DNA of 64,000 bases from Thermoanaerobaculia bacterium (GTDB taxonomy: Bacteria > Acidobacteriota > Thermoanaerobaculia > Multivoradales > JAHEKO01), in the NCBI GenBank assembly GCA_963781065.1, contig CAWAET010000014.1, forward strand, positions 41,321 to 105,320, in the 5' to 3' direction. The position numbers were made by a program, and so were the translations under genes. This document shows positions 42,933 to 53,532 of the stretch, one piece after another. The notes below the pieces were generated by a model. The model was given only the letters and a program-made list of their open reading frames with translations, had not been told where the DNA came from and made no database searches. The stretch's first letter is position 1. Each line of letters opens with the position of its first letter.

Positions 42933-43805
42933 ATGCGCCGCATCCTGCACATCTCGGACGTCCACTTCGGGCCGCCCCATCTGCCGGCGGTGGCCGCCGG
43001 CGTGGAACGGCTGGTTGCCGAGCGGCAGCCCGATCTGGTGGCGCTGTCGGGCGACTTGACGCAGCGCGCCAAGCCGGGCCAGTTTCGCCAGGCGCGGGCC
43101 TGGGTCGATCGGCTGGGCGTGCCGACCGTGACCGTTCCCGGCAATCACGACGTGCCGCTCTATCGCTTCTGGGAGCGGTTCCTGAGCCCCTATGGCGCCT
43201 ACCGCAGCCATTTCGAGGGCGACCTCGAGCCGCTCTACCGCGACGACGAGCTGCTGGCGGTGGGTGTGAACACCGCCTACGGCTGGACCTTCACCGGCGG
43301 GCGCATCCGGCTGTCCCGGCTGCTCGAGCTGGCCGAGCTGATCGAGGCGGCGCCGGACGAGCTGTTCAAGGTGGTGATCGCTCACCACCACCTGATCCCG
43401 CCGCCCAACTTCGGCAGCCAGCGGGTGTCGATCAACGCCTGGGAGGCGGTCGATCTGTTCAGCGAGATCGGCGTCGATCTGGTCCTCTCCGGCCACCACC
43501 ACCAGACCTACATCGGCAGCTCCGAGGAGTTCTACCCGCGGGGCCGCGCGCCGGTCGTGATCCTGCACTCGGGCACCACGACCTCGAGCCGCGGCCGCGG
43601 CGGCGAGCGCGACAAGAACAGCTGCAACTGGATCGAGGTCGGAGGGGAGTCGATGCTGGTCTCGCACCTGCGCTGGCACCCGAAGCTGGATCGGTTCGCC
43701 GAGCACAGCCGCCATCTGTACCCGCGTCAGCGCCGCCGGCCGTACACCCTCGAGGGACTGACGAACGCGGCCGCCGCGCCGCCGGCCGCGGAGAGCGCCG
43801 ATTGA
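42933..43805 (+). CDS. Metallophosphoesterase (Icc/CpdA-like)
   Basis: HISDVHFG, SGDLTQRA, PGNHD, HHH, LSGHHH. Confidence 0.9.
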   Translation: MRRILHISDVHFGPPHLPAVAAGVERLVAERQPDLVALSGDLTQRAKPGQFRQARAWVDRLGVPTVTVPGNHDVPLYRFWERFLSPYGAYRSHFEGDLEPLYRDDELLAVGVNTAYGWTFTGGRIRLSRLLELAELIEAAPDELFKVVIAHHHLIPPPNFGSQRVSINAWEAVDLFSEIGVDLVLSGHHHQTYIGSSEEFYPRGRAPVVILHSGTTTSSRGRGGERDKNSCNWIEVGGESMLVSHLRWHPKLDRFAEHSRHLYPRQRRRPYTLEGLTNAAAAPPAAESAD

Positions 43806-45073
43806 GCGTCGCCGCCGGCTGGCGCCCACCGGTGGTGCGGCGCCTGGCCGGTGGCTTGACCGTCGGCCTGGTCGAGCGCCGTCAGTCGCCGATCGTCTCG
43901 ACCGTCGTCTGCTACCGCGCCGGCGCCGCGGCGGAGCCGCCCGAGCTCGCCGGGATGGCGCACTTCCTCGAGCACATGATGTTCAAGGGCTCGGCGGGCT
44001 ACGGTCCGGGAGAGGTGGATCGCGTCACCCAGCGGCTGGGCGGCGCCAACAACGCCTACACCGGCCACGACGCCACCCTGTACGAGTTCAGCTTCGCCGC
44101 CGAGCACTGGCGCGAGGCGCTGGCGATCGAATCCGACCGGATGGCCGGGCTGAGCCTCGAGCCGCGGCAGCTCGAGGCCGAGCGCGAGGTGATCCTGGAA
44201 GAGCTGGCGATGGTCGAGGACGACCCCTGGGACGCTCTCGAGCTGGCGGTGCTGGCCGAGCACTACGGCCGGCATCCCTACGCCCGGCCGGTGCTGGGAA
44301 ACGCCGAGAGCCTGCACCGCATCGGCCGGGACGAGCTGGCGGGGTTTCACCGCCGCCACTACCGGCCGGCCGCGGCCGTGCTGGTGGTTGCCGGCGACGT
44401 CGGGGAGGACGCCTTCGACGCCGTCGCCGAGCGTTTCGGCGGCCGGGGTGCGGCCGATCACGCGCCGCCGACGGTCCCCGCCGCGGCGGCGGTGCCGTCG
44501 CCGCCGCGCGCGACCCGGCGCTTCGAGCTGCACCGGGGCGAGCTGGCGCGACTGCTCGTCGCCCTGCCGGCGCCGCCGGCCGGCCAGCCCGGCTACGCCG
44601 AGCTGCGGGTGGTCCTGACCGCCCTTGCCGGCGGCCGCACCAGTCGCCTGCATCGCCTGCTGGTCGAGGAGCGCCGGCTCTGCTCGTCGGTCGGCGCGCA
44701 GATCGACGAGACGGTGGGACCCGGCGTCGCCCTGGTGGCCTGCGAGCTGCTGCCCGGGGCCGCGCCGGCCGAGGTCGAGGCGCTGCTGCTGGCCGAGATC
44801 GCCGGGTTGGCCGCCGGCGGCCCGACCGCCGCCGAGGCCGCCCGCGCCCGCCGTCAGCTGCTCGCCGACTGGGTCTTCTCGCGCGAGACCGTCGGCCAGG
44901 AGGCGCAGGCCACCGCCACCGCCCTGGCGCTGTTCGACGTCGAGCACGAGCGACGCCACCTGGCGCGGATCGAGGGCTGCGAGCGTGGCGAGCTGGAGCG
45001 GGCCGCGGCCGCCCATCTGGACTCCTCCGGCCTGGTCATCGGCTGGTCGCTGCCTGAACGGGAGCGGCCCTAG
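43802..45073 (+). CDS. M16 family zinc peptidase, catalytic subunit
   Basis: GMAHFLEHMMFKGS, NNAYT..D.T.Y, ESDRM, HPY.RPVLG. Confidence 0.9.
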   Translation: MSVAAGWRPPVVRRLAGGLTVGLVERRQSPIVSTVVCYRAGAAAEPPELAGMAHFLEHMMFKGSAGYGPGEVDRVTQRLGGANNAYTGHDATLYEFSFAAEHWREALAIESDRMAGLSLEPRQLEAEREVILEELAMVEDDPWDALELAVLAEHYGRHPYARPVLGNAESLHRIGRDELAGFHRRHYRPAAAVLVVAGDVGEDAFDAVAERFGGRGAADHAPPTVPAAAAVPSPPRATRRFELHRGELARLLVALPAPPAGQPGYAELRVVLTALAGGRTSRLHRLLVEERRLCSSVGAQIDETVGPGVALVACELLPGAAPAEVEALLLAEIAGLAAGGPTAAEAARARRQLLADWVFSRETVGQEAQATATALALFDVEHERRHLARIEGCERGELERAAAAHLDSSGLVIGWSLPERERP

Positions 45074-46344
45074 TGGGCGCCGACCCGGCGGCGGGGCCGG
45101 CGGGCGGCGGGCCGCGCGCGCGGCTGCGGTGCCGCCGTGTGGAAGGCCCGCCGGTGGCGGCGGTGCGGGTCTTCCTGCCGGGCGGCAGCCGCGCCGAGGA
45201 GATTCCCGGGACCGCGCTGGTCTGCGGCCGTGGCCTGGTCGAGGGCAGCCTGCACCGCGGTTGGCGGCAGGTCTTCGAGGAGGCGGAGGACCGCGGCGTC
45301 GAGCTCGACGGGCTGGCCGGCTTCGAGGCCATCGGCCTGGCCGTCGACTGTCTGGCGAGCGAGCTCGATCGGGCGCTTGGCTGGGCCGCCGAGCTGGCCC
45401 TCGAGCCGGCCCTGGCAGAGGATCGGATCGCCTGGCTGGCCGACCAGGCCGCGGCCGAGCTGGCCGCGCTGGCCGACCAGCCCGAGGCGCTCACCGGTTT
45501 CGCCTTTCTGCATCAGCTCTACGATCCCAATCCGCGCGGGCGGCCGCTCCAGGGCAGCCGGAGCTCGCTCGAGCGGCTGGGCGCGGGCGATTGCCGCCGC
45601 TTCCACCGCCGCTCGCTGGCCGCCGGCGCGATCGTGGCGGTGGCCGGAGATCTCGACGAGGAGGCCGTCGGGCGGCGGGTCGAGGGGCTGTTCGCCGGCG
45701 CCGTCGAGCCCGCTGGGCCCGCCGAGCCCGCTGAACCGCCGGCGCCGGTGGGCAGCGGCAAGCGCCGGCGCACCGTTGCGGTCGGCCGGGTCGACCAGGC
45801 CCATCTGGTGGCCGGTCATCTCACGGTCGACCGGCAGCACCCCGATCTGCCGGCGCTCGAGCTGCTGAGCGTCGTGCTGGGCGCCGGCGCCGGGCTCAGC
45901 GGGCGCATCCCCGAGCGCGTGCGCGAGCGCGACGGCCTGGCCTACGTCGCCGGCGCCGAAGCGGCGGCCGGCGCCGGCCTCGAGCCCGGCCGGCTGGAGA
46001 TCTACCTGTCGACCTCCCCCGACCGGCTCGAGCGGGCGGAGCGGGCGGTACGGGAGGAGCTCACGCGGCTGCTCGAGGAGGGGCCGAGCGAGGGCGAGGT
46101 GCTCTCGGCGCGGGACTATCTCCTGGCCCGCGAGCCCTTCCGCTTCGAGACCGCCCGTCAGTGGGCCGATCTGTCGGCCCGAGCCGCTCTGACCGGCCTG
46201 CCGGTCGACGACGTCGACTGGCGGCGGGAGCGATGGCGGCGGCTGGGGCGGCCAGAGGTGGTCGCCGCGGCCCGCCGCAACCTGTCGGTGGAGGAGCTGC
46301 GAGTCACTCTGGGGGTCCCCGGGTGGCCGCCGGCGGCGGTCTAG
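45073..46344 (+). CDS. M16 family peptidase, non-catalytic partner
   Basis: No HxxEH; R..ERVRERDGLAY motif; translationally coupled. Confidence 0.8.
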   Translation: MGADPAAGPAGGGPRARLRCRRVEGPPVAAVRVFLPGGSRAEEIPGTALVCGRGLVEGSLHRGWRQVFEEAEDRGVELDGLAGFEAIGLAVDCLASELDRALGWAAELALEPALAEDRIAWLADQAAAELAALADQPEALTGFAFLHQLYDPNPRGRPLQGSRSSLERLGAGDCRRFHRRSLAAGAIVAVAGDLDEEAVGRRVEGLFAGAVEPAGPAEPAEPPAPVGSGKRRRTVAVGRVDQAHLVAGHLTVDRQHPDLPALELLSVVLGAGAGLSGRIPERVRERDGLAYVAGAEAAAGAGLEPGRLEIYLSTSPDRLERAERAVREELTRLLEEGPSEGEVLSARDYLLAREPFRFETARQWADLSARAALTGLPVDDVDWRRERWRRLGRPEVVAAARRNLSVEELRVTLGVPGWPPAAV

Positions 46345-46354
46345 CCTGGCTAGC

Positions 46355-46612
46355 TGTGTCCATCCACAGCAACTGTGGGAAACCCTGTGGAAAAGCCGGT
46401 GGAAAAGGATCGATACCGGCCTGGCTGCGGGGGCCGGCACATTTTGAACAAGAGGTTGTGCAGTACTCTGGAAAGTCTTTGTTATGAAGCAGTTACGCAT
46501 TCTTCGGGCGGGAATCGGGCAGACCCTGCCGGTGGGCCGGTCGGGATTTCCACAGATTTGGGCCGAGTGCTTTCGAAAGTAGGCTAAGTCCTTGCCCGCG
46601 AACCGTTTAGAG
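46355..46612. promoter_or_regulatory. DnaA-box cluster with IHF-like site in a lower-GC intergenic region (oriC candidate)
   Basis: CCATCCACA 46360, TGTGGGAAA 46374, TGTGGAAAA 46386, GGTGGAAAA 46398, TTTTGAACA 46442, ATTTCCACA 46546; TATGAAGCAGTTA near 46483. Confidence 0.55.
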
Positions 46613-46644
46613 GCAACTGGTATAGTCCGTCGAGCGGTTCGACC

Positions 46645-47745
<1,101 letters not shown>

Positions 47746-47782
47746 GGCTGGCCGCGCCCGACACCCAGGAGGAGAGGCTGCG

Positions 47783-48175
47783 ATGTCAGAGACGTTACCG
47801 AGCGATCTGCTGTACTCGGAGGAGCACGAGTGGCTGCGGCGGCACGACGACGGCGTCTGCCGGGTTGGTATCACCGCCTTTGCCCAGGACGAGTTGGGCG
47901 AGGTGGTCTTTGTCGATCTGCCCGAGGTCGGTCAGACGTTCGAGGCCGGCGACGAGCTTGGGACCATCGAGTCGGTCAAGGCGGTGGCGGAGATCTACTC
48001 GCCGGTCGGCGGCGAGGTCACGGCAGTCAACCAGGCGCTCGAGGACGAGCCCGAGAGGGTGAACGCCGACGTCTACGGCGAGGGCTGGCTGATCGAGCTG
48101 CGTCTTTCGGACGAGGCGGACCTCGGCAAGCTGATGAGCCCGGAGGCCTACGAGGAGTTCGTCCAGCCGAGCTGA
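47783..48175 (+). CDS. gcvH: Glycine cleavage system H protein
   Basis: HEW, GIT.FAQ.ELGEVVFV, IESVKAV lipoyl-Lys, YGEGW. Confidence 0.97.
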   Translation: MSETLPSDLLYSEEHEWLRRHDDGVCRVGITAFAQDELGEVVFVDLPEVGQTFEAGDELGTIESVKAVAEIYSPVGGEVTAVNQALEDEPERVNADVYGEGWLIELRLSDEADLGKLMSPEAYEEFVQPS

Positions 48176-48201
48176 CCGCCGGCCGCCGTCCGCGACCCTC
48201 G

Positions 48202-48597
48202 ATGCGCCTCGAAGTCGTCCTGCTGGGGATCTTCCTGGCCGCCTGGTGTCTGGCCCTGCTGTCGGTGGCCGTCGGGCTGCCGCTGGCCGGCCTGGTGCCG
48301 CTGAGCCTCTACCAGCTCTTCGGCATCGCCGCGGCGGCCGGTTGGCTGAGCGGCAACCTGTACGTGCGGCGGTCGCGTGGGCTGCCGCGCCGGTTCCGCC
48401 GCCGGGTGCTGCTGATCTATCTGCTGGGGCCGCCGTCGCTGATCTATCTGCTGCGCACCATGGCGCCGGCGGCGCAGCAGGGCGCCGCGCCGTTGGCCGG
48501 CATCTGGGCGTTCGGGGTGCTGGCGATCTTCTTCATGGTGCCGGTCTCGCTGCGCCGCCCCGACCGCGCCTCCGACCGCTACCGCGCCGGCCGCTAG
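48202..48597 (+). CDS. Hypothetical membrane protein
   Basis: ATG at 48202; about four hydrophobic segments. Confidence 0.65.
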   Translation: MRLEVVLLGIFLAAWCLALLSVAVGLPLAGLVPLSLYQLFGIAAAAGWLSGNLYVRRSRGLPRRFRRRVLLIYLLGPPSLIYLLRTMAPAAQQGAAPLAGIWAFGVLAIFFMVPVSLRRPDRASDRYRAGR

Positions 48598-48777
48598 CCC
48601 GACCTTCTCACCAGCTCACGACTACGCCGACGTATGTACCTGAATCTGCGAGACTTCCCTCGGTCGGTCATCCTCGACGTACTTCAAGTACGCCTGCGGT
48701 GCCCTCGGTCGGTAAGTCCCACATCTTCAGGCACCTACGCCGGCTCGCTGCGAGAGCCGGTAAGAAGGGCGGGCTAG
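48594..48777. mobile_element. MITE-like palindromic element between convergent genes
   Basis: TIRs CTAGCCCGACCTTCTCACCAGCTC / GAGCCGGTAAGAAGGGCGGGCTAG; inner arms GCCGACGTATGTACCTGAA / TTCAGGCACCTACGCCGGC; core CCTCGAC-GTAC-TTCAA-GTAC-GCCTGCG. Confidence 0.75.
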
Positions 48778-49823
48778 CGCCCGGGCCCGGGGCCGGGGTC
48801 GGGGTCGACCAGCATGGCGTCGCCATAGGAGTAGAAGCGGTAGCCCTCGCGCACCGCCTCGCGGTAGGCGGCCAGGACCCGCTCGCGCCCGCCGAGCGCG
48901 CAAACCAGCAGCAGCAGGGTCGAGCGGGGCAGGTGGAAGTTGGTGAGCAGGCGGTCGACCACCCGGAAGCGGTGTCCCGGGCGGATGAACAGCCCGGTCC
49001 GGCCGCTGCCGGGCTCGATCCGGCCGCCGCCGGCGGCCACCGTCTCGAGGGTCCGCACCACGGTGGTGCCCACCGCCACGATCCGGCCGCCGCGCTCGCG
49101 GGCGCCGGCCACCTGGCGGGCGGCCGCCGGCGTGACCTCGAAGCGCTCGGCGGCCATCCGGTGGGTGTCGAAGCGGTCGCCGCGGATCGGCTGGAAGGTC
49201 CCGGGGCCGACGTGCAGGGTCAGCCGGCAGATCTCGACGCCTCGCCGCCCGAGCTCGGCCAGCAGCCGCTCGTCGAAGTGCAGCCCGGCGGTGGGGGCCG
49301 CGATGCTGCCCGGGGCGCGGGCGAAGAGGGTCTGGTAGCGCTCGCGGTCCGCCGGCTCGTCGGGCCGTTCGATGTAGGGCGGCAGCGGGATGTGCCCCAG
49401 CCGATCGAGCAGCGGCTCGAGCGGTCGGTCGGCGCGCAGGTGGAAGAGCCCGTCGCCGCTGACCGCCTCGACCGTCAACTCGAGCTCGCCGTCGACCTCG
49501 AGCACCGAGCCGGGGCGCAGCCGCCGGCCGGGCCGCGCCAGCGCCGTCCACAGGCGCGGCGCCAGCCGCTCGCCGAGCAGCAGCTCGACCCGGCCGCCGC
49601 CCGGCCGCCGAAGCGCGAACAGCCGCGCCGGCAGCACCCGGCTGTCGTTGACCACCAGCAGGTCGCCGGGCTCGAGCAGACCCGGCAGCTCGGCGATGCG
49701 GCGGTGGCGCGCCGCGCCCGCCGCCGCCAGGACCAGCAGGCGGCTCTCACCCCGCGGCGCGGCGTGCTGAGCGATCCGCTCCGCCGGCAGGTGGTAGTCG
49801 AAGGCGTCGAGAGATTCGCTCAC
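48774..49823 (-). CDS. queA: S-adenosylmethionine:tRNA ribosyltransferase-isomerase
   Basis: FDYHLP.ERIAQ, VNDSRV.PARL, PLPPYI, YQT.FA..PGS.AAPTAGLHF, TNFHLPRSTL, YRFYSYGDAM. Confidence 0.96.
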   Translation of the reverse strand: MSESLDAFDYHLPAERIAQHAAPRGESRLLVLAAAGAARHRRIAELPGLLEPGDLLVVNDSRVLPARLFALRRPGGGRVELLLGERLAPRLWTALARPGRRLRPGSVLEVDGELELTVEAVSGDGLFHLRADRPLEPLLDRLGHIPLPPYIERPDEPADRERYQTLFARAPGSIAAPTAGLHFDERLLAELGRRGVEICRLTLHVGPGTFQPIRGDRFDTHRMAAERFEVTPAAARQVAGARERGGRIVAVGTTVVRTLETVAAGGGRIEPGSGRTGLFIRPGHRFRVVDRLLTNFHLPRSTLLLLVCALGGRERVLAAYREAVREGYRFYSYGDAMLVDPDPGPGPGR

Positions 49824-50818
49824 GCGTGGCGAGGGTCCCGGCGATCGCGCAGCCCGTCGCCGAGCAGGTTGAGACCGATGACGGTCAGCGCCAGAGCGGC
49901 CCCCGGGAAGGTGGTGACCCACCAGGGGGAGAGCAGGGCGCCGCCGCCGTCGGCGACCAGATTGCCCCAGCTCGGCAGCGGCGGCTGGACTCCAAACCCG
50001 AGATAGGACAGGGCGGCCTCGATGAGGATCAGGTCGCCGATGCCCAGCGCGGTGTCGACGATCACCGGCGTCAGTGCCGCCGGCAGCAGGTGGCGCAAGA
50101 GCACCCGCAGCGGCGGCGTCCCGGTGGCGCGGGCGGCGGCCACAAAGCCGCGCTGCCGCGCTACCCGCACCTCGGCCCGCACCAGCCGGGCGGCCCCCAT
50201 CCACGACGTGGCGCCCAGGATCAGCGTCAGCGTGACGGTGGAGAGGTCGAACAGGCCCGCCACCCCGAGCAGCAGGAACAGGCGCGGGAAGCAGAGCAGC
50301 GCGTCGGCGGAGCGCATCAGGACCGCGTCGAGCCAGCCTCTGCTGAGCCCGGCCGCGCCGCCCACGGCCAGCCCCAGACCGAGCGCCGTCGCCCCGGCGA
50401 ACAGACCGATCAGCAGCGACACCCGGCCGCCGTAGAGGATCCGCGACAGCAGGTCGCGGCCCAGCCGGTCGGTGCCGAGCGGGAACCGCCAATGGTCGCG
50501 GATCCGGCCGCCCTCGAGGTTGGCGACCCGCTGGCGGGGGAGCTCCAGCCATTCGCCCCGCCGGCGCAGACGCACCCGCTCCGGCCCGACCTCGACCTCG
50601 TCCGCCAGCCGCCACTCGCCGTCGTCCAGCCGCACCGCCAGCAGCCGCGTGCCCGGCGGCCGGTGACGGGCCGCGGCGGGGTCGACCATGGCGGTCGGGT
50701 CGTGCGGCGCCAGCAGCGGCGCGGCCAGGGTCGCCAGGCCCATCAACGCCAGCAGGCCGGCGCCCCAGCGGATCAGCGGCGCCCGCCGGGCCGACGCTCG
50801 GATCGGCTCAGACGCCAT
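49820..50818 (-). CDS. Peptide/nickel ABC permease (DppC/OppC-like)
   Basis: LGTDRLGRDLLSRILYGGRVSL, FV.AARA.G, EAALSYLG.GVQPP..SWG. Confidence 0.92.
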   Translation of the reverse strand: MASEPIRASARRAPLIRWGAGLLALMGLATLAAPLLAPHDPTAMVDPAAARHRPPGTRLLAVRLDDGEWRLADEVEVGPERVRLRRRGEWLELPRQRVANLEGGRIRDHWRFPLGTDRLGRDLLSRILYGGRVSLLIGLFAGATALGLGLAVGGAAGLSRGWLDAVLMRSADALLCFPRLFLLLGVAGLFDLSTVTLTLILGATSWMGAARLVRAEVRVARQRGFVAAARATGTPPLRVLLRHLLPAALTPVIVDTALGIGDLILIEAALSYLGFGVQPPLPSWGNLVADGGGALLSPWWVTTFPGAALALTVIGLNLLGDGLRDRRDPRHA

Positions 50819-51788
50819 CGCGGAGCCTCGGGTCGAGCGCCATCTGCAACAGGTCGGCCGCCAGGCTGCCGAGGATGACCAGGGCGCCGCTGAGCGCCGT
50901 GGTGGCGAGCACCACCGGGTAGTCGCGCGCCATCACCGAGGTGAAGGCCAGGCGGCCGACGCCGGGCCAGGAGAAGACGACCTCGACGATCAGCGCGCCG
51001 CTCAACAGTGCCGGCAGCGACAGGCCGAGGATCTGGACCAGCGGCGTCGCGGCGTTGCGCAGCGCGTGCAGCCAGACGATCCGGCGCCGGCTGAGGCCTT
51101 TGGCGCGGGCGGTGCGGACGAACTCCTCGCCCAGGGTGTCGAGCAGGCTGGCGCGGACGAAGCGGGCGGTGGCGCCACCCGCCGCCAGACCGAGCACCAG
51201 CGCCGGCAAAGCGAGGTGGTGCAGCAGGTCGGCCAGGCGGGCCGCCGGCGCCAGATCGGCGGCGCCGACCGACCGCATGTGGCCGAGCGGGAACAGACCG
51301 AGACCCTCGCTGAGAAACGCCAGGGCCAGCAGGCCGAGCCAGAAGGTGGGCAGCGAGTAGAGCAGCACCGAGCCGGCGCGGATCAGGTGATCGGCGCGCC
51401 GGCCGGCGCGCCTGGCGGCGGCGACGCCGAGCAGCAGGCCGGCGCCGTTCTGCACCAGCAGGGCCGCCGCCGCCAGCAGCAGGGTCGGCCCCAGGCGGGC
51501 GCCGAGCACCTCGGCCACCGGCCGGTTGTGGCGGAAGGAGATCCCGAGGTCGCCGCGCAGTATCGCCGCCAGCCAGCGCAGGTACCGCTCGTGCGGCGGC
51601 CGGTCGAGGCCGTAGGCGGCGCGCAGCGCCCTCTGCTGCTCGCCGCCGATCCGCGGGTCGAGCAGCCGATCGGCGGCGTCCCCGGGCGCCAGCTCCAGCA
51701 GGGCGAACAGCAGGCTGAGCACCAGCAGCAGCAACAGCGCCGCGGCCCCCAGCCGGCGCGCCACCATCCCGGTCAGTCCGCCGCGCAC
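50808..51788 (-). CDS. Peptide/nickel ABC permease (DppB/OppB-like)
   Basis: GLDRP, GDLGIS, PTFWLG, FVRTARAKGL, VEVVFSWPGVG, RDYPV. Confidence 0.92.
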   Translation of the reverse strand: MRGGLTGMVARRLGAAALLLLLVLSLLFALLELAPGDAADRLLDPRIGGEQQRALRAAYGLDRPPHERYLRWLAAILRGDLGISFRHNRPVAEVLGARLGPTLLLAAAALLVQNGAGLLLGVAAARRAGRRADHLIRAGSVLLYSLPTFWLGLLALAFLSEGLGLFPLGHMRSVGAADLAPAARLADLLHHLALPALVLGLAAGGATARFVRASLLDTLGEEFVRTARAKGLSRRRIVWLHALRNAATPLVQILGLSLPALLSGALIVEVVFSWPGVGRLAFTSVMARDYPVVLATTALSGALVILGSLAADLLQMALDPRLRDGV

Positions 51789-51805
51789 CGCTCAGCCCGC
51801 TCCGC

Positions 51806-53461
51806 TCACCGCGGGCCCGGCGCCAGCCACCACTCCTCGATCCGGTAGTACGAGTCGAGAGAGTTGGCCCGAACGCCCCGCAGCCGCCGCGAGACGCCGT
51901 AAAGCGTCTGCGGCTCCCACAGAAAGGCGAACGGCTGCTCCTCGTGGATGACGCCCTGGATCTCCCACAGCAGCCGGCGACGCTCGCCCGGGTCGCCGCT
52001 CGACCGGGCCGTCTCGATGAGGCGGTCGAGCCGCGGGTTGGAGTAGCCGCCGAAGTTGAACCCGTCGTCGATCGAGTCGCTGTGGAAGGCGTAGGTCAGG
52101 TCGAGGGAGGTGTCCGGGGTGAAGGCCATGAGGACGGCGTCGAAGTCTCCCTCGCCCAGCTTGTCCACGAGCGTGGTCCACTCGATCTGCCGAGGCCGCG
52201 CCTCGACGCCGATGCGGCGCAGGTCTTCCTGGATCATCACCGTGGCGTCGGTCCGTGCGCGGTTGTCGGCGTTGGTCAGCAGCTCGAAGCTGAAGCGCAG
52301 GCCGTTTCGTTCGAGCACGCCGTCGCTGTCGCCGTCGCGCCAGCCCAGCTCGGCCAGCAGCCGGCGGGCGCGATCGGGGTCGTGCGGCCACGGGCCGGGA
52401 TCGTCGCGGTGCGCCCAGACGTTGGAGAGGATCGGCGAGCTGGCCACGGTGGCGCGGCCGAACCACAGGGTGTCGACGATCCTCTCGCGGTCGATCGCCA
52501 GGACCAGGGCCTGCCGGACCGCGAGGTCCGCCAGCAGCGGCCGGTCCAGGTTCCAGAGGACGAAGTTGTACTGGCGGCCGCCGGCGACTTCCAGCCGGGT
52601 GCCGGCCCCGGCCTCGACCTCGGCCGCGGCGGCGGCGGGCACCTGCGTGACAAAGTCGACCGTGCCCGCCAGCAGTTGGCTGAGGCGGTTGTTGGCCTCG
52701 GGCACGATGCGGAACACCACCCGGTCGAGCCGCGGATAGCCCTCCCGGTAGTAGGCCGGGTTGCGCTCCAGGACGATCTGCTGGTCCGGCTGCCAGTCGG
52801 CCAGGCGGAACGGCCCGTTGACCACCTGGTGCTCGAGGAACCAGCCGCCGCTCTCGCGCCACCGCGCGAGCGGCAGCTCTTGCCAGCGGTGGCGCGGCAG
52901 GATGTGCCCCTGGTTGAGGTCGGCCAGGCGCGACGGCGAGTCGTTGCCAAAGCGGACCCGGAGACGGCTGGCGTCGACCGCCTCGATGTCGAGGATCGAC
53001 GTCTTCATGCCGGCGTAGGACCAGCCCAGGCTCTGGTCGGTCTGCAAACGCCAGGTCCACACCACGTCGTCGGCGGTCACCGGCACGCCGTCGTCCCAGA
53101 CGACCCCGGGCCGTAGCTCGATCGCCAGCGTGCGCCCGTCCGGCTGCCACTCCCAGGCGGCGGCCAGCTCCGGCTCGAAGGCGGGCGGGCCGTCGGCGGA
53201 GTCGGGCTGCTCGTCGAACAGCTGCAGATAGAGCATGTCGAGGATGCTGCCGTTGAACGAGTCGGAGCTGTCGAGCAGCGGGTTGATGCCGGTGATGTCC
53301 GCGGCCGCGGCGACGATCGCGGTGCCGCCGCTGACCGGCTCGGCGGACTCCGGGGTCGGCGGGGCGGGGGCTGGCTCGGCGCAGGAGAGCGAGGTCAGCA
53401 GGACCGCCAGCAGCGGCGGCGTCGTGAGCGACCTGCACCGCCGGCTTCTTGAGGTCTGCAA
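51806..53461 (-). CDS. Family 5 ABC substrate-binding lipoprotein
   Basis: Lipobox-like SLSC; LRPGV.WDDG.PVTADDV, NGPF, VRQAL..AIDR, N.GGYSNP; start uncertain. Confidence 0.9.
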   Translation of the reverse strand: MQTSRSRRCRSLTTPPLLAVLLTSLSCAEPAPAPPTPESAEPVSGGTAIVAAAADITGINPLLDSSDSFNGSILDMLYLQLFDEQPDSADGPPAFEPELAAAWEWQPDGRTLAIELRPGVVWDDGVPVTADDVVWTWRLQTDQSLGWSYAGMKTSILDIEAVDASRLRVRFGNDSPSRLADLNQGHILPRHRWQELPLARWRESGGWFLEHQVVNGPFRLADWQPDQQIVLERNPAYYREGYPRLDRVVFRIVPEANNRLSQLLAGTVDFVTQVPAAAAAEVEAGAGTRLEVAGGRQYNFVLWNLDRPLLADLAVRQALVLAIDRERIVDTLWFGRATVASSPILSNVWAHRDDPGPWPHDPDRARRLLAELGWRDGDSDGVLERNGLRFSFELLTNADNRARTDATVMIQEDLRRIGVEARPRQIEWTTLVDKLGEGDFDAVLMAFTPDTSLDLTYAFHSDSIDDGFNFGGYSNPRLDRLIETARSSGDPGERRRLLWEIQGVIHEEQPFAFLWEPQTLYGVSRRLRGVRANSLDSYYRIEEWWLAPGPR

Positions 53462-53532
53462 CCTGGCTCCGTCGGACGAATGGGCATGCTATCGGGCGAC
53501 TGGGAAGCGGGTCAAACTGCTATCGTCCTGGC

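Noticed and set aside
46345-46644. Glycine riboswitch upstream of gcvT
   Set aside because: No recognisable GGAGA..CCGAAG..CTCTCAGG aptamer motifs
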